Shown: positions 1 through 8,087 of the stretch, in pieces
Numbering within the stretch: position 1 is the stretch's first letter
Layout of the letters: the number at the start of each line of letters is the position of its first letter
Assembly (NCBI GenBank): GCA_964391315.1
Contig: CAYMJR010000001.1
Span: forward strand, 69,949-133,948
Source: an uncultured Gammaproteobacteria bacterium
GTDB lineage: Bacteria > Patescibacteriota > Microgenomatia > Levybacterales > UBA12049
Direction of reading: 5' to 3'
Length of the DNA stretch: 64,000 nt
The notes under the pieces: model-generated
What the model was told of the DNA's origin: nothing
What the model saw: the letters and a program-made list of their open reading frames with translations, nothing else
The model's database searches: none
Translations under genes and position numbers: made by a program

Positions 1-440
1 TTAACCCACTCGTGCCATGATATCCATCTGAGTGCAGCAACTTCTTCTGAATTTGGTCTTGGTGTTTGATCGGAAAAACCAACCATCACCGGACAAATTT
101 CATTTTCAACAATTCTGTCTTTTTCAGCTCGGTATCGGTAATCAGGAAGTGCCATTTCAATTTTTACATTTTCTAAACCCAATTCAAATTTCAGGCGTCT
201 TCTTGCTGCGGAAATCGGTCTCTCCCACAACTCAGGATGCCCACAAACAGAATTTGTCCAGACACCAGGCCAAGTCTTTTTATTAAATGACCGTTGCTGC
301 AGCAGTAATTCATTGTTACTGTTAAACAAAAATAATGAAAATGCACGATGTAGCGGCGTCTTGTCTGAATGAGCTGCAAGCTTTTCCATTGTTCCCAGGA
401 CTTTATTTTTATCCGTAACTAATACAACATAATCTTTCAT
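1..440 (-). CDS. idi: Isopentenyl-diphosphate delta-isomerase type 1 (N-terminal 146 codons; 3' end runs off window start)
   Basis: Absent from ORF track because no stop lies in the window. My translation from ATG at 440 gives MKDYVVLVTDKNKVLGTMEKLAAHSDKTPLHRAFSLFLFNSNNELLLQQRSFNKKTWPGVWTNSVCGHP..., with IDI-1 motifs HRAFS and WPGVWTNS.CGHP. Start lies 1 nt after the mvaD stop. Confidence 0.85.
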   Translation of the reverse strand, partial: MKDYVVLVTDKNKVLGTMEKLAAHSDKTPLHRAFSLFLFNSNNELLLQQRSFNKKTWPGVWTNSVCGHPELWERPISAARRRLKFELGLENVKIEMALPDYRYRAEKDRIVENEICPVMVGFSDQTPRPNSEEVAALRWISWHEWV

Positions 441-441
441 A

Positions 442-1428
442 TTAAAATAAATGCTTCTCAACTAATCTAGCTCCGTTACTTGAATAATTAATAATTGTTT
501 TTTGTACCCCTTCAATTTTTTCTACAAGAGCAGCAACTTTTTTGGCATCTTTTTTCTGACAAATAATATGAACATCCTGTCCTGTGTTAAGCGTAAAATA
601 TACCTCAAGTCCCTCGCTTCGCCATTTTTTAACAAAATGTAGTACCCGCAAACTTTCCGGCAATAAATAAATTAATGATGGATGTGAAGTCAAATAAATC
701 GCATGAAGTTCTAATGCTTCTGCTTCTATCAATTCTCCAAACGCAATAAAATTCTTTTCTTTCATAAACCTCTTAATCGCTTTCATTTTCTTTTTATTCA
801 ATTCCAAACGAACATCAAAAAATGCACTTGATGTTGCCAATTTATGACCTTCTGTTGAACTTATTTCTTTTTTATTGGTACGTGTCAGCGCAAGAACATC
901 GACGACATCCCAATAATCTGGTTTATATAATGAGATTGCATACGATGTTTCACTTGTATCACCATCAAGCCACTCAACAAATCCATCAGGAATCGACCGA
1001 CAGGCAGAACCCGATCCCTGTCTTGCAAGAATTGATAGTTGTTTTTTAGAAAGTTTCAAACCTGCCGCTGTAGCACCGGCAACAGTTAGAGCTGCAAAAC
1101 CTGATGCGCTTGATGAGAGACCTTTAGAAGAAGGGAAATTATTATTACTTACAACTTTCGCTTTATAATCAATCTTTGCTAAAGCACGAATCCTATCTAA
1201 ATGTTTAATCACTCTATTTCCTTCAATTACTTTTTGTTCATTATCAACAGTAACAATATCTTGATAAAAATCGGGATTAAATTCAACTGTTGTCGTTGTT
1301 AACAAATTACTCAAATTCATCGAAATACTTCCGTTTTTTGGAAGCCGTAGAACATCATCTTTTGTTCCCCAATATTTGATAAATGCGATATTTGATGGTG
1401 CTACTGCTGTTGCTTTATACATTTTCAA
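442..1428 (-). CDS. mvaD: Diphosphomevalonate decarboxylase
   Basis: 328 aa. N-terminus APSNIAFIKYWGTKD and the GLSSSASGFAAL GHMP-type motif are typical of mevalonate diphosphate decarboxylase. Sits in the MVA operon. Confidence 0.9.
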   Translation of the reverse strand: MKMYKATAVAPSNIAFIKYWGTKDDVLRLPKNGSISMNLSNLLTTTTVEFNPDFYQDIVTVDNEQKVIEGNRVIKHLDRIRALAKIDYKAKVVSNNNFPSSKGLSSSASGFAALTVAGATAAGLKLSKKQLSILARQGSGSACRSIPDGFVEWLDGDTSETSYAISLYKPDYWDVVDVLALTRTNKKEISSTEGHKLATSSAFFDVRLELNKKKMKAIKRFMKEKNFIAFGELIEAEALELHAIYLTSHPSLIYLLPESLRVLHFVKKWRSEGLEVYFTLNTGQDVHIICQKKDAKKVAALVEKIEGVQKTIINYSSNGARLVEKHLF

Positions 1429-2389
1429 TTCTTACTCCTTCCGCATTGGTTTTAATAGATAAAAATTCTCCACCAGCAGCTTTTATCGCTTTCTTAATTG
1501 CAGATATTTTTGCATCTGGTGCTAAACCGATAATGCAGTCTCCCCCACCAGCTCCTGATAATTTTGCACCATATCCTCCGTTATCCCTTATTGCATAAAT
1601 CATGTCCCAAAGTTTGTTGGTACTAACACCAAGACTTTCCAAATATCCCTGATTAATATCCATCAGTTCACCAACCGTTTGCCAATCATTTTTGAGTAAT
1701 GCTCTTTGCGCCAAGGGAATCAATCTTTCAATTTCGGTATAGGTCCCTTCAATAATTTTTGGATACTTATCTGATGTTTCTTTTACCTGATTCATAAGTG
1801 TCACCGTATCTGCTTTTACCCCGCTATATCCGACAATAAGTGGCAATTGTTTTATATTTAATGGTTTAATAACTTTCCCTCCGGTAAAAAAATATAGTGT
1901 TCCTCCATAAATTGCTGCTGCGACATCAAATCCCGAACCTTTTCCCTGGATATCCAGAACAGTATTATATGCTAAATCAAAGAGTTGTTTGTTTGATAAT
2001 TTTTTATTAAACAATTCTGTGAGAGCTTTTATGACACAAACAATTGATGCAGATGAAGAACCAAACCCAAATTGAGAAGAAAATTCTGATTTGGTTATTA
2101 TTTTTATACCACTTTTTAAACCATATCTTTTTTTAAAATTTTTAACAGCAATTTCAATAAACATTGCTCCTTTAGGTATTTCCCCTTTTCCTATATTTTT
2201 TATTGTTTTTTTATAATCAGTAATTTTGACATCTGGTGCGTCAAGAGAAAATAAATCATTATCTATTAACGTAACTGTCATATACATCCGTTGATCAACT
2301 GCGGTAACAAGACAAGGTCTGTTATACACAACAGCATGCTCTCCAAAAAGCATTAATTTTCCTGGTGCTGAGACAGTAATTTTATTCAT
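1415..2389 (-). CDS. GHMP kinase, mevalonate-kinase-like (by operon position possibly phosphomevalonate kinase)
   Basis: 324 aa. SAPGKLMLFGEHAVVY N-terminus and GFGSSSA ATP motif. 14-nt overlap with mvaD. Confidence 0.75.
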   Translation of the reverse strand: MNKITVSAPGKLMLFGEHAVVYNRPCLVTAVDQRMYMTVTLIDNDLFSLDAPDVKITDYKKTIKNIGKGEIPKGAMFIEIAVKNFKKRYGLKSGIKIITKSEFSSQFGFGSSSASIVCVIKALTELFNKKLSNKQLFDLAYNTVLDIQGKGSGFDVAAAIYGGTLYFFTGGKVIKPLNIKQLPLIVGYSGVKADTVTLMNQVKETSDKYPKIIEGTYTEIERLIPLAQRALLKNDWQTVGELMDINQGYLESLGVSTNKLWDMIYAIRDNGGYGAKLSGAGGGDCIIGLAPDAKISAIKKAIKAAGGEFLSIKTNAEGVRIENV

Positions 2390-3317
2390 GAATTGTTACT
2401 CCTTTTGTTCCTAGAGTGAGATGTTCATATAAAGAATTTACTCTATTATTTTGATATACTAATAATACTCCTGTTCCCATCGTTTTTCCACCGCCCCCAC
2501 AGATCTTTGCAGCGCTACCCAATTTTTCAATATGCCTGATTATCTTTCTAACTGACGGCGATACTACTCCTAACTTTTCCAAATTCCGTTGTCCTTTCTT
2601 AATTATTTTTTTTATTTCCATCTCATTTGTATCAGTTAATGCACTAAATAAATTTTTTGTTAATTTCTCTTGATTATCAAATATTTTTTCTGCTTGTTTT
2701 TTATTTTTTGCTACAAACTTTTTAACAAGCTCTATCATCTCTCCTGTTGTTTCTTTTGGTTTACCAGTATCAACGATATAAAAATTTTTTGCAATTTTTC
2801 TTGAAAGTTTTACTGATAATTGTTTAATAATTTTTAACTCATCTGTCTCCCGCCGATACCAGATAAACCCTCCGTAACAACTTGCACTAGTATCCCCTCC
2901 CGAAGGATTTTTATGAATATATTTTTCAATTAAAAAAGCTATCTCATTTATTTTTTCTTTATCAAACGGTTGATCTAAAAATAATGTTATTGCTCCGGCA
3001 ATTGCAACGGCCGTTGCAGCGGATGACCCCATTCCTGACCCTACTGGTATTTCAGATGAAATCGTTAGTGTATATCCTGACTGCAATTTCTGTCGGTAAT
3101 ATTTTTCAGTAACAAAAATTGCATAGTTTACATACGTAACAAATTTTTCATCGTGATTATTTTTTATAATTATTTCTTTGTTATCATCCTTTCGAGAAAC
3201 TATCTCGACATACACACGTTTGTTGATCGCAGCAAGAAATGCAGGCTTACCATAAACGACTACGTGTTCTCCCAATAAATGTATTTTCCCTGGGGCAGAG
3301 ACTTTTATTCTCTTCAT
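2382..3317 (-). CDS. mvk: Mevalonate kinase (GHMP kinase)
   Basis: 311 aa. SAPGKIHLLGEHVVVYG and GSGMGSSAA motifs. 8-nt overlap with the downstream kinase. Confidence 0.75.
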   Translation of the reverse strand: MKRIKVSAPGKIHLLGEHVVVYGKPAFLAAINKRVYVEIVSRKDDNKEIIIKNNHDEKFVTYVNYAIFVTEKYYRQKLQSGYTLTISSEIPVGSGMGSSAATAVAIAGAITLFLDQPFDKEKINEIAFLIEKYIHKNPSGGDTSASCYGGFIWYRRETDELKIIKQLSVKLSRKIAKNFYIVDTGKPKETTGEMIELVKKFVAKNKKQAEKIFDNQEKLTKNLFSALTDTNEMEIKKIIKKGQRNLEKLGVVSPSVRKIIRHIEKLGSAAKICGGGGKTMGTGVLLVYQNNRVNSLYEHLTLGTKGVTIHE

Positions 3318-3616
3318 GTAGGTTTAAATTTTATTACGTATGTAATAACACTTTCAGGAGTCTCAGGAAATAATTTTCGAAGTACCGCAACAACTTTTCT
3401 TCCTTTGACCAAATCTTCTTGTTGCCAATCAACCAACTGTCCAATCATTTTTTCACCATTTTCCATAGCAACAATAACTACCGGATACGGTGCTTCCTGC
3501 ATAAAAGCTTTTGGTGGAACACGGATAATTGTCCATTGTTCAATAGCACCCATTCTTCCGATATGAGAGGCCGTCTTTCTTTGTCTTCTCCACAATTTAA
3601 CTGGCGTTGTAATCAT
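3314..3616 (-). CDS. DUF35-type OB-fold protein (thiolase/HMG-CoA synthase associated), lacking the zinc ribbon
   Basis: 100 aa. GAIEQWTIIRVPPKAF..APYPVVIVAMENGEKMIGQLVD...GRKVVAV matches the DUF35 OB-fold pattern. No cysteine is present. 4-nt overlaps with both neighbours. Confidence 0.7.
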   Translation of the reverse strand: MITTPVKLWRRQRKTASHIGRMGAIEQWTIIRVPPKAFMQEAPYPVVIVAMENGEKMIGQLVDWQQEDLVKGRKVVAVLRKLFPETPESVITYVIKFKPT

Positions 3617-4761
3617 AGTTTTTTCAAAATATGTATCGCTGCAACGGCGCCGCTTCCTCCGACATTATGTGTTAATCCAATCTTTGCATTTTTTACTTGT
3701 CTTTTTCCTGCAGTTCCCCGCAATTGTTCAACGATTTCAACAACTTGTTTGATTCCTGTTGCTCCAACTGGATGACCACAGGCTTTAAGTCCGCCAGAAG
3801 TATTTGTCACAACACTTTTACTGCCAAGAGTCATTTTCCCATCTGCAATATCTTTCGCACCATTGCCTCTTTTGGAGAATCCCAAATCTTCATTTGCTAT
3901 AACTTCTGCTATCGAAAAACAGTCATGAATTTCTGCCACGTCAATATCTGCTGGTGTAATATTTGCTTTTTTATATGCTCTTTTTGAAGCACTTACCACA
4001 GCACCAAGTGTTGTAAATGAATCACGATCAGAAAGCGCCAACGTATCTGTTCCCACTTCACTTGCAATAAAGGAAACTCTTTTTTGTTTTGCTTTTGGCT
4101 GTTCACTTGAAATGATAATTGCCGATGCTCCATCTGAAACTGGTGAACATTCAAGAAGTCTTAATGGATCTGCAATCTTAGTGCTTTTCAAAATTGTTTC
4201 AAGAGGAATTGCTTTTTGAAATTGCGCTTTTGGATTAAGACTTCCATGATAATGATTTTTTACTGATACGTGAGCGAGTAATTCTTCTGAAATATTGTAT
4301 TGCTCTATATATGATTGCGCCATCAGTGCATAAATTCCAGGAAATGTTGCACCTGATAAACGTTCTTCATCTGATCCTGCTGCCATAAGTCCTGAAGTAA
4401 TTTCATCAGGCTGACAATCAGTCATTTTTTCAACACCTAATACCATCACATTTGTATATTGTCCGGCAAGAACACTGTTGATTGCTGCGTGTAATGCCAA
4501 TCCTCCTGATGCACATGCTCCTTCGATATGAAATGCTGGAATATGGGTCCCCAATTCTTCAGCAAAAAATGATCCTAAATTTGCCTGATTGCCCAAAAGA
4601 TCAGCAAGCATATTCCCAACAAACAATGCATCTATTTGTTTTGCTGTTTTTTTTGCATCCGAAAGTGCGCCGATCATCGCTTCTCGCGCAAGAGCCCGAG
4701 GAGATAATTTCCATAATTCACCAAATTGTGTTGTTGCAATTCCTAAAACTGAAATATTCAT
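3613..4761 (-). CDS. Acetyl-CoA acetyltransferase (thiolase), archaeal-type
   Basis: 382 aa. Active-site context EGACASGG, plus C-terminal GLKACGHPVGATG and NVGGSG thiolase motifs. Confidence 0.85.
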   Translation of the reverse strand: MNISVLGIATTQFGELWKLSPRALAREAMIGALSDAKKTAKQIDALFVGNMLADLLGNQANLGSFFAEELGTHIPAFHIEGACASGGLALHAAINSVLAGQYTNVMVLGVEKMTDCQPDEITSGLMAAGSDEERLSGATFPGIYALMAQSYIEQYNISEELLAHVSVKNHYHGSLNPKAQFQKAIPLETILKSTKIADPLRLLECSPVSDGASAIIISSEQPKAKQKRVSFIASEVGTDTLALSDRDSFTTLGAVVSASKRAYKKANITPADIDVAEIHDCFSIAEVIANEDLGFSKRGNGAKDIADGKMTLGSKSVVTNTSGGLKACGHPVGATGIKQVVEIVEQLRGTAGKRQVKNAKIGLTHNVGGSGAVAAIHILKKL

Positions 4762-5798
4762 CCTATTGTATGTGTTTGTTTCAAATATTGTGCATAAGAT
4801 ATATATACTTTCTTTTCAATTTGCTCTGCAACTGAAATTACTTTCTTTTGTTTTTTTGTAATATGTGGTGTCGTTTCAAAAATAAATCCATCAGAACCTG
4901 CACCTGAACCGTAGGATACAAAAAAGATTTTTTGTTTAGGTTTTGCAATATCCAAAACAGCAGCAAGACCTAACAATGATGATGCAGTATAGGGATTGCC
5001 TACTTTTTCAACAGTAAGAGAGGGCGCTAACTGCTCGGGAGTAAAACCCAATTTCTGTGCAGTAACCCGCGGAAATTTACCATTTGGCATATGAAATACA
5101 CAATAATCAAAATCTGAAGGATTCATCCGGCTTTGTTTCAACAGTTTTTTTCCTGCAGACAACACGTGTGTAAAATATGCAGGTTCTCCGGTAAATCGTC
5201 CAAAATGTGAAGGATACCGAGCTCCTTCCCGTCTCCAAAAATCCGGAGTATCAGAAGTAAATGATGTCATTGCACGAATATTTGCAATAATTTCTGTTTT
5301 TTTATTTCCTAAAATATATGCTGTTGCTACACTTGATGCTGTATATTCAAGTGCATCATGGGGCTTTCCCTGTGCGGTATCACTGCCAATTGCCAATCCA
5401 TAGGAAACCTTTTTGCTTTCTAAAAGTCCCGACAATGCCTGCATGCCAGCAGTCGCTGCTTTACAGGCAAATTCCAAATCAGCAGCAAAATAATCGTTAC
5501 CTACTCCCAAAAATTCTGCAACTGTTGATGATGAAGGATTAACAGAATATGGATGACTTTCTGATCCAAAATACACGCCGCCAATTTTTTCAGGAAGAAC
5601 ATTTGCCATTACCAACGCCTTTTTGCCCGCCTCAATTGCAAGCGTTACCGCATCTTCATCAATTCCAGGAACAGCTTTTTCCATCACTTTAAATCCTCCT
5701 ATAATTTCTTCAGGAACTTTTTTCCATACATCGGCAATATCCGAAAGTTTAATCCGATATTGTGGAATATATGTACCGTAGCCTGTTATACCAACCAT
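4758..5798 (-). CDS. Hydroxymethylglutaryl-CoA synthase
   Basis: 346 aa. GITGYGTYIPQYRI start, FACKAATAG catalytic Cys context, and HMPNGKF and SYGSGAGSD motifs of the archaeal/bacterial HMGCS family. Confidence 0.85.
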   Translation of the reverse strand: MVGITGYGTYIPQYRIKLSDIADVWKKVPEEIIGGFKVMEKAVPGIDEDAVTLAIEAGKKALVMANVLPEKIGGVYFGSESHPYSVNPSSSTVAEFLGVGNDYFAADLEFACKAATAGMQALSGLLESKKVSYGLAIGSDTAQGKPHDALEYTASSVATAYILGNKKTEIIANIRAMTSFTSDTPDFWRREGARYPSHFGRFTGEPAYFTHVLSAGKKLLKQSRMNPSDFDYCVFHMPNGKFPRVTAQKLGFTPEQLAPSLTVEKVGNPYTASSLLGLAAVLDIAKPKQKIFFVSYGSGAGSDGFIFETTPHITKKQKKVISVAEQIEKKVYISYAQYLKQTHTIG

Positions 5799-6946
5799 TA
5801 CTTCTTTCCCCTTCCTAATGTTTCATGAGCATGTGCCAAACTTCCTTCACTCAGACTTGCCAACAAAGATAATTCTCCTGCTAAAACTGCTCCTGCAATA
5901 ATTTCAGCAAATTTCTCAACTTTTCCTTTTCCCGTAACACCAAGTATCTCCAACGCTTCTTTTTGTGTTGCCAATCCTGTCCCTCCTCCTACTGTCCCGA
6001 TCATCAACGCGGGCAGATAAATGGAAAAATATAAATCTCCGTTTGGCAAAACTTTTGCAGTTGTTATTCCACAACTTGCCTCTACAACATGCGCAGGATC
6101 TTGGCCTGTTGCAAGGAAAAGAGCTGCAATTACATTTGCAAAATGCGCATTAAATCCAAGCGACCCGCTCATCGCAGATCCAATCATACATTTGGCAAGC
6201 CAGACATCAAATATCTTTTCAGGAGTTGTCTTGAGAATATTTTTTATTATTTCTTTTTTTACAATAATCTCTGCCCATGCAGTAAATCCTCGGCGAGAAA
6301 TAACGTTTAACCATGCAGGTTTTTTATCAATATCAAAGTTTCCTGCAACAGCAAGACACTTTGCTCCTGTTTTTTGTTCAATGAGTTCTGACATTTTTTG
6401 CGTTGCAATTGTCACCATATTCATTCCCATTGCATCCTCGGTATCAAAAGAAAAACGGATAAACACATAATCCGCAAGCATTTGTACTGATATTTTTTTG
6501 CATTGCAAATGTTTTGATGTCGACGCTGCTGTTTTTTGCAGCAACGATTCATTTTTTACAATCCATGTTTGCAACGCTTTGCTTTTTTCCAAAGATCCTG
6601 TATAAAATACCGGCCCCCGTGTTGTTCCTTCCCGATAAACCGCAACTATTGCTCCACCAGATTCTGCAATCACCTTACATCCCCTATTAATAGATGCAAT
6701 TAATGCTCCCTCTGTCGTTGCTAATGGCACAAAAACACTTTCAACTTTAGAATTTAGACTTTTAACTTTCAGCGGTCCCGCAACACCAAGTGGTATTTGT
6801 GTGGCTCCAATCATATTTTCGCAATGTTTCTTTGACGCGATTTCTTCATCTAATGAAAAATTACCAATGTGTGAAACAGCAATTCCTAACTCTTTTTCCA
6901 AAGATTTTCTTCTTTCTTTTGCTGATGATAAATCTCTTAAATTCAT
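5798..6946 (-). CDS. HMG-CoA reductase, class I
   Basis: 382 aa. Motifs CENMIGATQIPLGVAGPL, TTEGALIAS, DAMGMNMV and IGTVGGGT. TAATG overlap with the HMGCS start. Confidence 0.9.
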   Translation of the reverse strand: MNLRDLSSAKERRKSLEKELGIAVSHIGNFSLDEEIASKKHCENMIGATQIPLGVAGPLKVKSLNSKVESVFVPLATTEGALIASINRGCKVIAESGGAIVAVYREGTTRGPVFYTGSLEKSKALQTWIVKNESLLQKTAASTSKHLQCKKISVQMLADYVFIRFSFDTEDAMGMNMVTIATQKMSELIEQKTGAKCLAVAGNFDIDKKPAWLNVISRRGFTAWAEIIVKKEIIKNILKTTPEKIFDVWLAKCMIGSAMSGSLGFNAHFANVIAALFLATGQDPAHVVEASCGITTAKVLPNGDLYFSIYLPALMIGTVGGGTGLATQKEALEILGVTGKGKVEKFAEIIAGAVLAGELSLLASLSEGSLAHAHETLGRGKK

Positions 6947-7015
6947 ACCTCTACTATAACAATTTTCCCACTAACTTAACACAGGCATCACCTGGCATAA
7001 ATGAGTCGTAAATTT

Positions 7016-7044
7016 TTGCCAAATCATTCGATTGCGGTTATAAT
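7016..7044 (+). promoter_or_regulatory. Sigma70-type promoter (TTGCCA-N17-TATAAT), ATG 6 nt after the -10
   Basis: -35 at 7016-7021, -10 at 7039-7044, start codon at 7051. No SD sequence. Confidence 0.5.
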
Positions 7045-7050
7045 CAGGGT

Positions 7051-7551
7051 ATGAATGAACATGATGTCATAAAATTCTATCACGAGTATTCACCAAGAAT
7101 TCTTCGATATTTAAAAAAATACTTACCTATTGATGAAGCAAAAGAAATTCTGAACGATGTTTTCTTAGAAGCTGTTGACTCCATGCCGACATTACAAAAG
7201 CAAACCAATTTACAAGCATGGCTCTATAAAATAGCACACAATAAAATGGTTGACTACTATCGGAAGAAAAAAATAAAATCGTTCCTTCTTTCACAAATTC
7301 CTTATCTTGAACCACTTGCACATGAAATGCATCAACCGGAATTTATTTTGGAAAAAAATAAAATACGGGATAATATTGAAAAAGCAATGCACAAGCTTTC
7401 ACAAAAATATCAATCAGTTCTCCGCATGCATTATGAAGAGCATATGCCAGTCAAATCTATGGCAGTTGTTCTCAACATAACACCAAAAGCAACTGAATCA
7501 CTTCTTTTTCGGGCTCGCCAAAGTTTCATCAAGGCATATGAACGAACGTGA
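7051..7551 (+). CDS. ECF-type RNA polymerase sigma factor
   Basis: 166 aa. Region 2 (LQAWLYKIAHNKMVDYYRKKK) and region 4 (YQSVLRMHYEEHMPVKSMAVVLNITPKATESLLFRARQ) patterns. Confidence 0.85.
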   Translation: MNEHDVIKFYHEYSPRILRYLKKYLPIDEAKEILNDVFLEAVDSMPTLQKQTNLQAWLYKIAHNKMVDYYRKKKIKSFLLSQIPYLEPLAHEMHQPEFILEKNKIRDNIEKAMHKLSQKYQSVLRMHYEEHMPVKSMAVVLNITPKATESLLFRARQSFIKAYERT

Positions 7552-7768
7552 ATTTCTTCAGACATTACAACAAAGAGTTCGTGAACAAGAACAAGCGATC
7601 GCCACAATTCCATTTTTTGGATTTGTCGCAAAATGGCTCAGTGTTCATCCGTGGCGATATCTCATTCCTTTAGCTTTTCTTTTAACACTCCTTCTCCGAT
7701 TACTCTTTGGCAGCAGTTATACGGATTTTATTTTATATCTATTCCGTGCAAATTCACTGCTTCATTAA
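7538..7768 (+). CDS. Small membrane protein, possible anti-sigma factor
   Basis: 76 aa. Overlaps the sigma gene stop by 14 nt. Two hydrophobic segments. Function inferred from position only. Confidence 0.4.
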   Translation: MNEREFLQTLQQRVREQEQAIATIPFFGFVAKWLSVHPWRYLIPLAFLLTLLLRLLFGSSYTDFILYLFRANSLLH

Positions 7769-7772
7769 CAAT

Positions 7773-8087
7773 ATGAGAAAAAGAATTTTTTTGATTTATA
7801 CAAGTTACATTTGGACAAAAACACTTCTGGGATTAACGTTTTCTCCATATAAATCTGTAAAAGAGACGATTAAACGCCCTATCCTCTTGCCAGTTATTTT
7901 TTCTCCAATGCTTGCGGCACTGATTCTCTTGCTTGCAGCAAAAATTGGCTCTCTTCTCATTGTTGTGTATGGTTTGAAACGCGAAGTGGTGGCTATATTT
8001 TTAAGTACGACGCTGATTTCAATTCTTTTCTGGCAACTATTATTAATTTATTTACTAATCAGCTTTTTAGTGGCAAAACGTCGTTAG
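7773..8087 (+). CDS. Hypothetical multi-pass membrane protein
   Basis: ATG at 7773 (MRKRIFLIY...) chosen over the upstream track start at 7707, which overlaps the previous ORF. Hydrophobic throughout. Confidence 0.5.
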   Translation: MRKRIFLIYTSYIWTKTLLGLTFSPYKSVKETIKRPILLPVIFSPMLAALILLLAAKIGSLLIVVYGLKREVVAIFLSTTLISILFWQLLLIYLLISFLVAKRR

